Assembly: GCA_002427475.1 (NCBI GenBank)
Contig: DIRG01000053.1
Location: forward strand, 1-50,730
From: Mageeibacillus sp. UBA5442
GTDB taxonomy: Bacteria; Bacillota; Clostridia; Saccharofermentanales; DTU023
Length of the DNA: 50,730 nucleotides
Reading direction: 5' to 3'
Both the position numbers and the translations under genes were made by a program. A model generated the notes under the pieces. It was not told where the DNA came from and ran no database searches. It saw only the letters and a program-made list of their open reading frames with translations. Positions 18,026-27,707 of this stretch are shown here, piece by piece. The stretch's first letter is position 1. The number at the start of each line of letters is the position of its first letter.

Positions 18026-19063
18026 ATGTTAGATGAACTTGCACAAGTCAGAGAGGACGCACTCGCAGCGGTTGGAGCCGCTAAAGATCTCGACGAGCTT
18101 GACGAGACGAGACAGTCGCTCTTAGGTCGCAAAGGAGTGATCACCGAGCTACTGAAAAGTGTCGGTTCCAGACCTCCGGAAGAACGACGCAGTTTCGGTC
18201 AGAACACAAACCAGATCAAAAAAGAGATCACACAAGCCTTAGAAGAAAAAGCCGCTGAGCTATTGAGCTCTGCTTCCGTCTTCGAGCAGGCTCCGGACTT
18301 GACCGTCCCCGGGATCAAACCTCAGAGCGGCGGCCTCCACCCTATCACCCAAATGAGCTATGACTTAAACGATGCCTTCCGCTCATTGGGCTTTGAAGTC
18401 TATCACGAACACGAGATAAGCAGTGAACTGTATGCCTTCGACCATCTCAACTTCCCTCCGGAGCACCCCGCACGCGAGACTATGGACACCTACTGGCTGG
18501 CCGGCACGGAAAACGAAACCGGTGCTACACGCTTAGCACTGCGCCCCCACCTTACCGGCGGATCAGTTCGCTACTTGCAGGAACACGGCGCCCCTGCCCG
18601 TTTTGTCTATCCCGGACGCGTCTATCGTAATGAAGCCACCGACGCTAACCATGAACGCGCCTTTTATCAATACGAAGCCTTAATAGTTGAGAAAAACTTT
18701 TCTTTCGCCTCGGGACAGCTCTTCGTGCAGACAATCTTATCGAAAGTCTTCGGACGCGATGTTCCCGTACGCATGCGAGCTGGCTTTTTCCCCTTCGTTG
18801 AGCCAGGCTTTGAGATCGACATGCAGTGCCAAGTTTGCCTCGGCGCCGGCTGTCGCACCTGCAAGCATGTCGGTTGGATAGAGATCATGCCGGGCGGAGT
18901 TCCGCATCCGAACGTCTTGAAAGCAGCAGGGCTTAATCCCGAAGAGTGGAGCGGATTCTATATCAATATCGGACTGGATCGACTGGTAATGATGCGCTAC
19001 GGCATAGACGACGTACGACTGATGCATAGTGCTGATCTGCGCTTCCTCGAGCAGTATCAATAA
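18026..19063 (+). CDS. pheS: Phenylalanine--tRNA ligase alpha subunit
   Basis: 345 aa. It has class II aaRS motifs (HP..R...D.Y, FRNE-like YRNEA, GLDRLVM) and the Cys-rich CQVCLGAGCRTCKHVGWIEI insert. It is preceded by the T-box and followed by pheT. Confidence 0.97.
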   Translation: MLDELAQVREDALAAVGAAKDLDELDETRQSLLGRKGVITELLKSVGSRPPEERRSFGQNTNQIKKEITQALEEKAAELLSSASVFEQAPDLTVPGIKPQSGGLHPITQMSYDLNDAFRSLGFEVYHEHEISSELYAFDHLNFPPEHPARETMDTYWLAGTENETGATRLALRPHLTGGSVRYLQEHGAPARFVYPGRVYRNEATDANHERAFYQYEALIVEKNFSFASGQLFVQTILSKVFGRDVPVRMRAGFFPFVEPGFEIDMQCQVCLGAGCRTCKHVGWIEIMPGGVPHPNVLKAAGLNPEEWSGFYINIGLDRLVMMRYGIDDVRLMHSADLRFLEQYQ

Positions 19064-19082
19064 GACAAAGGAGCAAATAACG

Positions 19083-21530
19083 ATGAAATTATCCTTAAAT
19101 TGGATTCGCGACTATATAGATTTACCCGAAGATTTAGAAATCTCACAACTGGCCCACGACCTCACTATGAGGACGGTCGAAGTTGAAGGCGTCGAATCGA
19201 CGCGTGAACTCTTGGACGGCCTCGTTGTCGGCCGGATCATTTCAGTAGAGCAACATCCGGATGCAGATCTTTTGCGGGTAGTCATGACTGATGTGGGTAC
19301 AGACGAACCTTTGCAGATTGTCTGCGGCGGTTCCAACCTCGAACCCGGACAATTAGTCGCAGTTGCCGTACCCGGTTCGATGGTTCGCTGGCACGGAGAA
19401 GGCGATCCCGTCGAAATCGAGCCCGCTAAACTGCGCGGAGTAATGTCTTTTGGCATGATCTGCGGTGCGAACGAACTTGGCCTGGAGGAACTTTTCCCCG
19501 TGGATGACGACCGCATCATCATGGACCTGAGTGAGTTCGAGGTTGCTCCCGGAACAGCCCTAGCCGATGCTCTAGACTTGGATGACCACATCTTAGAGAT
19601 CGACAATAAATCAATGACGAATCGTCCCGATCTCTGGGGACATTACGGCATCGCCCGCGAACTGGCAGCAATCTACAATCTTGAACTCAAAGAAATTGAA
19701 GAGTTCGAACTTCCTGCAGACACGCCCGAATACAGCGTCGAGATTGTCGCAGAAGAAGACTGCCACCGCTATGTTGCCGCTGTCTATGAAGGCGTTGAGA
19801 ACAGACCCTCACCACTATGGATGCAGCAGCGGCTCTGGTCCGTTGGACAACGCCCGATCAACCTTTTGGTAGACATCAGCAACTACGTCATGATGGCCAC
19901 CGGGGAACCGACCCACGGTTTCGATGCCGAGCATATTAATGCGGGCATTATCGTTCGCCGTGCTCAGCAAGGTGAAAAGCTCGAACTTCTCGACAAAAAA
20001 GATCTTACCCTCACAGAAAACGATCTGCTCATCTGCGACCACAGCGGCCCCGTTGCTCTAGCTGGAGTCATGGGCGGCGCACGCGACTCCGTCCTGCCCG
20101 AGACCACAAGCCTAGTGCTGGAACTGGCCAACTTCGACGCTCAGCAAATCAGACGGACAGCGACCAAGTACGACCAGCGCACCGAATCCTCAACCCGTTT
20201 TGAAAAAGCGATCGACACACAGCGCATCGATCAAGCCCTAGCACTAGCCGACAAACTGATTCGCGATCTCATGCCGAAGACAAAGCTGATTGCCTTCAAA
20301 GATGCTTATTCCCAAAAAACCGAGACGACCCAAATAGATGTAAGCCTCAAATTTTTGGAACGCGGCTTAGGCCATAGCATCGATGCAGACGAGGTGAAAG
20401 AACTCTTACTGCCCTTGGGCTTTAAAGTTGAGCAAAAAAATGAAGAAAACATCGTAGTTGATGTACCTTCTTGGCGCTCAACCGGCGATGTCTCGCTAAG
20501 TCATGACATCCTTGAAGAAGTCGCCCGCATGATCGGCTACGAAAACTTTGACTTTGTCGCCCCGACCGTAAGCTTGCAGGAACCGATCAATCAGCCCTAT
20601 GTCGACTTAGATCGCAATATTCGTACTTATCTAGCAGATCGCTGCGGCTTCCGCGAGATATTCACTTATCCTTGGATATCCGATAGTTATATTGAGGCTG
20701 TGGGCTTGAAGCTCGAGGAGCATCTGCGCTTGGCGGCCCCTCCGGCACCAAACCAAAGTCATCTGCGGACTTCCCTACTCCCGGGTTTGCTTGAAGCAGC
20801 TCAGAAAAATCTCCGCTATAGAGATGAATTCAAAATTTTCGAACTGACAGAAGTCTTCCATCCCGCTGAAATCTGCAGCAACGACTCCGCGGAAGTACTG
20901 CCACTGCAAGAACGCTATCTGGGCGCGGCCATCGTAAAACCCGATTCCACAAATCCCTTCGAGCTGCTACGACTAGCCCGCGGTGTCATCGAGTCCCTAC
21001 CCCGCTATTGTCACGCAGAGACCTTGCACCTACGCGCTAGCACTGCAGAAACGCAAGCGCCTTTGACCGACCCCAACGCCTCCTTGGAAATTATGGATCA
21101 CAAAAACGAAGTCATAGGTCAAGTAGGCATTGTCTCGCTCCAGACCATGTCCGACGTAAACATTAAACGTTCTTTAGTAGCTATAATTGAACTTAATGTA
21201 GAAAAACTAGAACCCTTTACTTCTCGATCGAACTCCTACGAAGCACTACCTCACTACCCGCTAGTAGAGGAAGATCTCTCACTACTGATGGACGAATCCA
21301 CCAGCTGGAATTCACTGGAAGAAGTCGTCTTGAAACAAGAGGGCGTAAAGCGTGTCCAATTCATGGAAGAGTATCGCGGCGAGCAAGTTCCTGCCGGCAA
21401 GAAATCAGTTATGCTACGTTTCTGGATGGGCTCTGATGAAAAAACTCTCAGCTCCGAAGATATCGAGAAACAAACAAACATCATCGTTAGAGCATTGAAA
21501 GAAGCCACAGGAGCTGAAATCCGTCAATAA
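19083..21530 (+). CDS. pheT: Phenylalanine--tRNA ligase beta subunit
   Basis: It begins MKLSLNWIRDY, the canonical PheT N-terminus, followed by the tRNA-binding, B3/4, B5 and FDX-ACB regions. The ATG at 19083 follows AAGGAG. The in-frame upstream extension to 19029 overlaps pheS and I rejected it. Confidence 0.97.
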   Translation: MKLSLNWIRDYIDLPEDLEISQLAHDLTMRTVEVEGVESTRELLDGLVVGRIISVEQHPDADLLRVVMTDVGTDEPLQIVCGGSNLEPGQLVAVAVPGSMVRWHGEGDPVEIEPAKLRGVMSFGMICGANELGLEELFPVDDDRIIMDLSEFEVAPGTALADALDLDDHILEIDNKSMTNRPDLWGHYGIARELAAIYNLELKEIEEFELPADTPEYSVEIVAEEDCHRYVAAVYEGVENRPSPLWMQQRLWSVGQRPINLLVDISNYVMMATGEPTHGFDAEHINAGIIVRRAQQGEKLELLDKKDLTLTENDLLICDHSGPVALAGVMGGARDSVLPETTSLVLELANFDAQQIRRTATKYDQRTESSTRFEKAIDTQRIDQALALADKLIRDLMPKTKLIAFKDAYSQKTETTQIDVSLKFLERGLGHSIDADEVKELLLPLGFKVEQKNEENIVVDVPSWRSTGDVSLSHDILEEVARMIGYENFDFVAPTVSLQEPINQPYVDLDRNIRTYLADRCGFREIFTYPWISDSYIEAVGLKLEEHLRLAAPPAPNQSHLRTSLLPGLLEAAQKNLRYRDEFKIFELTEVFHPAEICSNDSAEVLPLQERYLGAAIVKPDSTNPFELLRLARGVIESLPRYCHAETLHLRASTAETQAPLTDPNASLEIMDHKNEVIGQVGIVSLQTMSDVNIKRSLVAIIELNVEKLEPFTSRSNSYEALPHYPLVEEDLSLLMDESTSWNSLEEVVLKQEGVKRVQFMEEYRGEQVPAGKKSVMLRFWMGSDEKTLSSEDIEKQTNIIVRALKEATGAEIRQ

Positions 21531-21579
21531 GACTTAGCTCTACGGCTCCAACAGCTAAAATAAATCAAACTAACTTTAA

Positions 21580-21617
21580 AGAGACTGGGATTCAATTCAC
21601 CTAGTCTCTTTTTTTAG
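21580..21617 (+). terminator. Rho-independent terminator after pheT
   Basis: AGAGACT.. (21580-21588) pairs with ..AGTCTCT (21601-21609), followed by TTTTTTT. Confidence 0.75.
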
Positions 21618-21832
21618 CTATACACTCAACACTCATCTACTTTTTCACCCTCTTTTACTAAACTCCCCCGCTTCACCCAATGTAGCTCCCACCCACATAG
21701 CAAGTGGTTTTCATCAACAAATCCTTTATTGAATTTTCAAATAAACGCGCTAGCCTTTCATGACAGATTGTATAGAATATGTATGGTTTTCTCACAAAGA
21801 AAATCTGAGATAAGTAAGAAAGGAAACATTTA

Positions 21833-23005
21833 ATGAAAAGATTTCTCTCATTAGCGCTCGCTCTTCTTATGGCCTTGTCCATACTGGTCAGCTGCGCACC
21901 TTCAGAAGAACCGCTAACACCGGAAAACACGAACCCGCAAACTCAGGAGACTCCTGAGGTCACAGATCCGCCGGCAGTCGAAACTGACGCCCCAACAGAG
22001 CCAACTGACGCTCCAACGGAGCCCACAGAGCCGGAAGTTGAACTTACTGTCTTCCCTTTGACTGTAACTGACCAGATTGGTAACGAAGTAACTATCGAAG
22101 CACCGGCAGAACGTATCGTGTCGGGTTACTACATATCTTCATCAACCTGCTTGGCGCTTGGTCTACAGGACAAGCTAGTGGCCACAGAAGAAAAAATCGA
22201 AGCTCGTCCGATTTATGGACTTTCAGCTCCTGATTTGATCGGCAATATCGGAAACGTTGGTTCCGCAAAAGCCTTTGATTTAGAAGCTTGCCTTGCAGCC
22301 GAACCGGACCTAGTCATTCTGCCTTCCAGAGCCAAGGATTACGGTGAAACCCTGACAGAAATGGGCATCCCTACTATTATTGTAAATCCTGAAAGCCACG
22401 AGCAGCTAGTAGAAATGGTCACCTTGATCGGTCAATTAACTGGTGCTGAAGAAGCTGCAAACAAGCTCATTGACCGTTATGATGAGGTCATTGCAAAAGT
22501 CAACGATCTGACCGCAGACCTCACAGAAGATGATAAGCCACTCGTTTACATGAGCGGCACCAGTTCCTATTTGACCACAGCACCTAAAGACATGTATCAG
22601 TCTTCCGTAATTACGTCAGCCGGCGGCATCAACGCTGCTCAGGACATTGATGGCGATTACTGGGTAGACGTGTCTTACGAACAGCTGATTGCTATGAACC
22701 CGGATGTTATCATCATCCCTACAAATAACATGGCAAACGGGCAACCGGACTTTAGCGCAGAAGAACTGATGGCTGATGAGGTCTTGGCAGAAGTTGCAGC
22801 AGTCGCAAATGGCGCGGTTTACAACATGCCTGCCGGTTACGAAGCTTGGGACTCACCTGTACCCTCAGGAGTACTGGGAATGCTGTGGATGCTGTCCACC
22901 TTGCACCCTGATCTCTATTCTCTAGACGAGTTTGCACTTGATGCACAGGACTTCTACAAGACCTTCTACGGTTTTGAAATGGATACAGCTACTATACTCG
23001 ACTAA
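21833..23005 (+). CDS. ABC substrate-binding lipoprotein, iron-siderophore/cobalamin (FecB/BtuF, cluster A-type) family
   Basis: A signal peptide with lipobox LVSC is followed by a TDAPTEPTDAPTEPTEPE linker and then PERIVS...PDLVI...PDVII patterns typical of periplasmic binding protein family 2. Confidence 0.85.
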   Translation: MKRFLSLALALLMALSILVSCAPSEEPLTPENTNPQTQETPEVTDPPAVETDAPTEPTDAPTEPTEPEVELTVFPLTVTDQIGNEVTIEAPAERIVSGYYISSSTCLALGLQDKLVATEEKIEARPIYGLSAPDLIGNIGNVGSAKAFDLEACLAAEPDLVILPSRAKDYGETLTEMGIPTIIVNPESHEQLVEMVTLIGQLTGAEEAANKLIDRYDEVIAKVNDLTADLTEDDKPLVYMSGTSSYLTTAPKDMYQSSVITSAGGINAAQDIDGDYWVDVSYEQLIAMNPDVIIIPTNNMANGQPDFSAEELMADEVLAEVAAVANGAVYNMPAGYEAWDSPVPSGVLGMLWMLSTLHPDLYSLDEFALDAQDFYKTFYGFEMDTATILD

Positions 23006-23020
23006 GAGAGCGCCTCAACA

Positions 23021-24040
23021 ATGAGTTTAACAGCCGAAAAAAGAGGGCTAAAGCCCTTAATCTTTATTGGAGTCACCGCGGCCATCTTCGTTGCCGCGGT
23101 GGTTTCTATTTGTGTGGGGAAATATCAGATAAGCCCTGCAGAGATCATTAACATCCTCAGCGGTAAAGCTGACGTGAGCGACATGAGTCGCAAGGTATTT
23201 TTCACCCTGCGTCTACCGCGCACCATCATGGCCATCATGGCTGGTACCGGTCTGGGCATAGCTGGCAGTGTTTACCAAATAATCTTTAAAAACCCCCTCG
23301 CCTCGCCTGACATTATTGGAGTCGCAGGCGGAGCTAATCTGGGAGCTGCCGTCGCCATCGTCACAATTTCTTCCTCCGGCATGCTAGGCATTGCTACGGG
23401 TGCTTTTTGGGGCGGACTGCTAGCTGTAACCTGCGTCATGTTGTTAGTTAAGGCAACTGGCTCAACCTCAACTTCCACCTTCGTTTTGGCAGGAATAATT
23501 ATTAATGCAGTGTCAAAAGCCGTGATCATGGCTTTGAAATATTTTGCTGATCCGGAAAACGAACTAGCCGCCATCGAATATTGGTCCATGGGTACGTTTG
23601 GAACGACCACCCAATCCAAATTACTGTCGATTCTACCCATGTTCTTAATCGGATTAATCGGCATACTTCTGCTTCGCAGACAAATAGAGCTTATGTCACT
23701 AAGTGACAACGAAAGCCGAGCTTTGGGAGTGCGTTTGCGTCCGATCAGGATAACTGTGCTGCTCTTGTCTACGCTTTTGGTAAGCTCCATCATCAGCATC
23801 ACCGGCCTGATCTCCTTTGCAGGCCTCATAGCACCTCATATCTCACGACTCATGCTCAAACGAAACAATTCCGTCACGATGGTAATGAGTGGTTTAGTCG
23901 GTAGTTTTGTGGTCTTGGTCGCAGATATCTTTGCACGCATCGTCTACAGTTCTGAATTACCGATTTCCATCCTTACGACGGTTATCGGTGTACCGATATT
24001 AGTCTATTTCCTAGTCAAGCGTGGAAAGGAACTAGTATGA
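23021..24040 (+). CDS. FecCD-family ABC permease
   Basis: 339 aa polytopic protein. RLPR, GAGLG.AG..YQ...NPLA.P...GV and a C-terminal GVP motif are typical of FecCD/BtuC. Confidence 0.9.
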   Translation: MSLTAEKRGLKPLIFIGVTAAIFVAAVVSICVGKYQISPAEIINILSGKADVSDMSRKVFFTLRLPRTIMAIMAGTGLGIAGSVYQIIFKNPLASPDIIGVAGGANLGAAVAIVTISSSGMLGIATGAFWGGLLAVTCVMLLVKATGSTSTSTFVLAGIIINAVSKAVIMALKYFADPENELAAIEYWSMGTFGTTTQSKLLSILPMFLIGLIGILLLRRQIELMSLSDNESRALGVRLRPIRITVLLLSTLLVSSIISITGLISFAGLIAPHISRLMLKRNNSVTMVMSGLVGSFVVLVADIFARIVYSSELPISILTTVIGVPILVYFLVKRGKELV

Positions 24041-24813
24041 GCGAACTCTTTCGTCTTGAAAATATGCACGTCGCCTATGGGAGTAACGAAGTAGTCCGCG
24101 GTGTTAATCTCAGTCTTGAGCGAGGCGAGTTCTCCGCCCTTTTAGGTCTGAACGGCAGCGGTAAAACTACCATCCTGCATGCTGCTTGTGGCTTTTTGCC
24201 CATGAGAGGAACTTGCATCTGTGCCGGTCAAAATTGCGCCGGTCTTCACGAAAAGAAACGAGCTCTACTCATGTCTTTCATCCCTCAAGTCTGCAGTTTA
24301 GAGGGCGGCAGGACAGTTTTTGAAGTTGTGATGATGGGTTTCAATGCGCATTTACACCTGCTTGAGTCTCCTTCTGCCGAGCAAAAAGAATTGGGCATGG
24401 CAGCCTTAGAGAAGCTCAACTGCTCTCACTTAGCACATACGGATTTTGGCGCCTTGAGCCAAGGTCAACGCCAAATTGTAATCTTAGCTCGCTGCATCGT
24501 CCAAGACGCCCCCGTTATGTTGCTGGACGAACCTGACAGTGCCCTCGACTTTCTCAACCGTCACATGGTTTTAGGCAAAATCCGGGACCTAATCAAAAAC
24601 GAAAACAGAGCTGGCTTGATCACCCTACATGATCCCAACTTCGCCATGGCCTACTGCGACCGGCTGCTCTTACTTCAGAACGGCATTGTTGCGGCGGAGC
24701 TGGACATGCGGACAGCGTCTGCTGATGAAGTCAAGCAAAAACTGTCGCTCATCTACGGCGACATCGAACTACTACCCTACCAAGAAAGCTATCTGATGAC
24801 GAAAGCAAAATAA
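24037..24813 (+). CDS. ABC transporter ATP-binding protein (FecE/BtuD-like)
   Basis: It has Walker A GLNGSGKTT, signature LSQGQRQ and Walker B MLLDEPDSALD. 4-nt overlap with the permease gene. Confidence 0.9.
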   Translation: MSELFRLENMHVAYGSNEVVRGVNLSLERGEFSALLGLNGSGKTTILHAACGFLPMRGTCICAGQNCAGLHEKKRALLMSFIPQVCSLEGGRTVFEVVMMGFNAHLHLLESPSAEQKELGMAALEKLNCSHLAHTDFGALSQGQRQIVILARCIVQDAPVMLLDEPDSALDFLNRHMVLGKIRDLIKNENRAGLITLHDPNFAMAYCDRLLLLQNGIVAAELDMRTASADEVKQKLSLIYGDIELLPYQESYLMTKAK

Positions 24814-24894
24814 AGGCTGACGCAGCTTAAGTCTAAACTGAAGTCGACTTATGAGCTGAAATGGTAAGAGATCTAGATTAAACAGGAGATAAGA

Positions 24895-26454
24895 GTGTCA
24901 AAGATATTAGTAGCAGATCTAAGTAAGCAAAGCATTAGCCGAGATAAAGCAACGGACGAGCACTACGGTCGCGGGCTGGCAGTTCATCTGCTAAAAGAGC
25001 ATACACCGTTAGAATGCTCCAGATTATCTCCTGACAACGCTTTTATCGTCGTGCCCGGGCTTTTCACCGGCAGTCTAGTTTCTTGTGCCACCCGCGCAGT
25101 AGTTGCAGCTCGCGGAGATGGAGGTGGTCGCTTGGCAATCAGCAACATCACAGGAGACTTCCCTCAGAAGCTAGCTTCACTCGACTTGGCTGCTGTCGTA
25201 GTCAAGGGTAAAGCTGAGACCGGCAACGCAGTCTTATATATCGACGAAAATGAAGCAAAACTGCTGCACCTGCCGGAGCTTAGAGACTTAACCTGCGGCG
25301 AGATCGTAGAACACTTGCGCAGCCGTTTTGGCAACGATGCGGCCATTATCGGCTCGGGTCCCATAGCCGACATGGGACTGCCCTTGAGCAATCTTTTCAC
25401 AAGCTATCCCGAAGGCACACCTCGCTACACTTGTCCACGCAACAGCTTCGGCGACGTCCCCGGCAGCAAAGGTCTAAAGGCGATCGTTGTGAAGACGAGT
25501 AAGTACTTCGCCGCTCCCTGTGCAGATAAAGAAGCTTTGAAGCAAGCTAACAGAGAGCTGACACAGCATCTAATCAACGACCCGATCTGCGGTGGCGCAT
25601 TGCCCGGACTCGGTTCTATCACCATCTTGCATCTGCTCAAGAACAAAGAAGCTATCCCTTCAGTGGTAGAAAAGACCACTACAGCCAAACATTCACAAGT
25701 AGAAGGCCGAGTTAACTACACCTGTGCTCCCCTTTGCGCCATTGGCTGCCTTAACCGTCACAGTTCCAGCAGCAATCAAGTCTTCGCCGCACCGGAAGTT
25801 GCCGAAGTCAGGGCTGCTATGGAACACTGCTTTGCCGTAAACTTCTCTGAAGTCGATCTGGACCGACTTGCCGCTCAACTGTCCGCCAGAGGTTTCGAGC
25901 TGGGTCTGAATACCACCGAATTCATCAATACAGTCGCCCTTTACCTCCAAGTAAAAGAAGAGCAGGTAAGCGAAGAAAACTTGACTTCATTAATGGAGGA
26001 AATTGCCGCTGGTAGCCTCCTCGGCCGTCTTCTCGGCAGTACCACAACAGGCTTAGGCAAACTCTATCCGACTGATGAAAGGATCCAAGCCCGCATTACG
26101 CGACCCGCCAACCGCAACGAAGACGAGCAGCAACTCAAACTGGACAGCCTCTACCCTGACTTTAAAAGCCTCGATGATCTGGATCTCCTGTACCGTCAGG
26201 TTTTTCTCGTAGAAAATTTAGGCATCTGCATTTTCACCGCTTTTGCTCTGCTAAACAAAAAAGATACAATGGATTTATTGGTCGAGCTTTATTCGCATAA
26301 GACAGGTCAGCCGGCAAATGCCGAAGATCTATTGCATTACGCCGGCAGCTGTTTAGCCGCCGAAGAAGCCTTGCAGCGCGAATCCGCTTTGGCCGGAGTC
26401 AAGCGCAGCATTCCGGAGTTCGTCAAAGTTCTCTACACTTACTTCAGTGCTTAG
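24895..26454 (+). CDS. Aldehyde:ferredoxin oxidoreductase (AOR)-family-like protein, short and motif-degenerate
   Basis: A GTG start follows AGGAG. By eye it is collinear with AOR (GRGL, SPDN..IV.PG..TG, VVVKGKAE..VLYID, GSKGLKAIVV, NDP..GG.LP..GS, C...C.IGC, LGICIFTAF). At 519 aa it is shorter than about 600 aa, and the pterin-binding motifs are not recognisable. Confidence 0.55.
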   Translation: MSKILVADLSKQSISRDKATDEHYGRGLAVHLLKEHTPLECSRLSPDNAFIVVPGLFTGSLVSCATRAVVAARGDGGGRLAISNITGDFPQKLASLDLAAVVVKGKAETGNAVLYIDENEAKLLHLPELRDLTCGEIVEHLRSRFGNDAAIIGSGPIADMGLPLSNLFTSYPEGTPRYTCPRNSFGDVPGSKGLKAIVVKTSKYFAAPCADKEALKQANRELTQHLINDPICGGALPGLGSITILHLLKNKEAIPSVVEKTTTAKHSQVEGRVNYTCAPLCAIGCLNRHSSSSNQVFAAPEVAEVRAAMEHCFAVNFSEVDLDRLAAQLSARGFELGLNTTEFINTVALYLQVKEEQVSEENLTSLMEEIAAGSLLGRLLGSTTTGLGKLYPTDERIQARITRPANRNEDEQQLKLDSLYPDFKSLDDLDLLYRQVFLVENLGICIFTAFALLNKKDTMDLLVELYSHKTGQPANAEDLLHYAGSCLAAEEALQRESALAGVKRSIPEFVKVLYTYFSA

Positions 26455-27246
26455 GTGATGATAATGAAGCCGCTAAGATTAACTTGCTGTCCTAATCTAA
26501 GAGATCTCGGCGACCTGCCCGCTCAAGCCGGTTTAAGAATCCGACCCCGCAGACTGATCCGTGCCGGGGCCTTACATGAGATTAGTGCTGAGGAAGCAAA
26601 ATCTCTAGGAAAGCTACTCGCAATCTTTGACCTGCGTAGCGAAACAGAACGCCGCTTCAAACCCGATCCCAATTTCGGTGCTGACTACTATCATATGCCT
26701 CTGACCGAAAAAGGACGGCGCAAACTGATCCACAGCAAGAAAACTTTGGAGGACAAAGTTGTAGATATCATTGCCGGTTATAATCGTGGTGAGAACTTGG
26801 CTTCCGTGCGCATGCGCAAAATCTATCGCAGCTTAGTGCTTTCGCACCAAACCGCGAATTGTCTGGAACAGATTATCCACATCCTTAACGCTGAACCTGA
26901 AGGAGCCGTCCTCTGGCACTGTTCCGTAGGGAAAGATCGTGCCGGTGTAATAGCCGCGATTTTACTGCGTCTTCTTACAGTTCCCGAAGAGCTTATATAT
27001 GAGGATTATCTTTATACTAACGTCGCTCTTCAACACGAGTTGGAAGAGGCAGAAAGCCTAGCTTTTTCCCTAAGCGGAGATCCTGCTGTAGCAAGCTACG
27101 TCAAGGGTTTCTTTGCTGCTTGCCCCTGCTGGCTGAAGGCTGCACTCGATACGGTTGACCACTGCGGCTCGGTTGAGCAGTACCTTCTCCAAAACACAAA
27201 GCTCGAGCAAGCAGATTTCAACAAATTCCGTGCAGCCTGTCTTTAA
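26455..27246 (+). CDS. Protein-tyrosine phosphatase (Y_phosphatase3-type)
   Basis: It has NLRDLGD near the N-terminus and the CX5R active site HCSVGKDRAG. The start is ambiguous (GTG 26455, ATG 26458 or 26464); the ATG at 26464 has the best spacing from AGGTGA. Confidence 0.8.
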   Translation: MMIMKPLRLTCCPNLRDLGDLPAQAGLRIRPRRLIRAGALHEISAEEAKSLGKLLAIFDLRSETERRFKPDPNFGADYYHMPLTEKGRRKLIHSKKTLEDKVVDIIAGYNRGENLASVRMRKIYRSLVLSHQTANCLEQIIHILNAEPEGAVLWHCSVGKDRAGVIAAILLRLLTVPEELIYEDYLYTNVALQHELEEAESLAFSLSGDPAVASYVKGFFAACPCWLKAALDTVDHCGSVEQYLLQNTKLEQADFNKFRAACL

Positions 27247-27247
27247 A

Positions 27248-27706
27248 TCAGTCAGCGCCTTTCTCATAGCCAACCGTTACCGTACCGTCCTCGTTAACCT
27301 CAACAGTCATTCCGGTCTTAACATATTCTAGGAAGTCATCGCCTAGGTTGTCGATTGTAGGCATGGAGATGTCAGTCCAGACGCCTGCCAGAATCGAGCC
27401 GGCAGCAGCCAGACTGTCAATGGGCTTGGAGAATAATAGACAGGCAGGCTGCCTTTCCATCTTGACGGCACAATACAAAACCATGCCTCCGGTTGTACTA
27501 CCTATAGTCTGCGGCAAACATAGCGCTTTGCTTTTCATAGGTTTTTCATAGATGTCCGAGTTGTTCTGGTCTGAGCACTTAGCCTGCTTATCGCCGAACA
27601 TCAGCGCTTTCTGAAAGGAAGCTAGAGTATTAAAACCTTTGGTCGAGACAAGAGCCTCTGCTTTAGCCCTTCCGGGCACCACCACACGTCCTTTAAAGGT
27701 CTTCAT
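27248..27706 (-). CDS. Aconitase X swivel-domain small subunit (DUF126-type)
   Basis: 152 aa. It begins MKTFKGRVVVPGRAKAEALVS and starts 1 nt after the large-subunit stop. Confidence 0.75.
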   Translation of the reverse strand: MKTFKGRVVVPGRAKAEALVSTKGFNTLASFQKALMFGDKQAKCSDQNNSDIYEKPMKSKALCLPQTIGSTTGGMVLYCAVKMERQPACLLFSKPIDSLAAAGSILAGVWTDISMPTIDNLGDDFLEYVKTGMTVEVNEDGTVTVGYEKGAD

Positions 27707-27707
27707 C

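Noticed and set aside
19029-19082. Upstream in-frame extension of pheT (MLICASSSSINKTKEQIT...)
   Set aside because: It overlaps the 3' end of pheS. The canonical PheT N-terminus MKLSLNWIRDY starts at the ATG at 19083, which has an AAGGAG RBS.
21618-21832. Possible cobalamin riboswitch upstream of the BtuF/FecB-like importer
   Set aside because: I found no B12-box-like (GCCACTG-type) element or the usual GC-rich conserved core. The region is AT-rich with only promoter-like sequence. A covariance-model scan would be the decisive check.
23272-23829. 185-aa antisense ORF inside the FecCD permease gene. The same applies to 19112-19606 in pheT, 45511-45960 in the 5'-nucleotidase gene, 28657-29094 across the AcnX/reductase junction, and 31919-32311 and 32780-33133 in ktrB.
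   Set aside because: All lie opposite long ORFs with clear family motifs. They are Ser/Ala/Pro/Arg-rich, lack RBSs, and are the expected shadow ORFs of coding regions.
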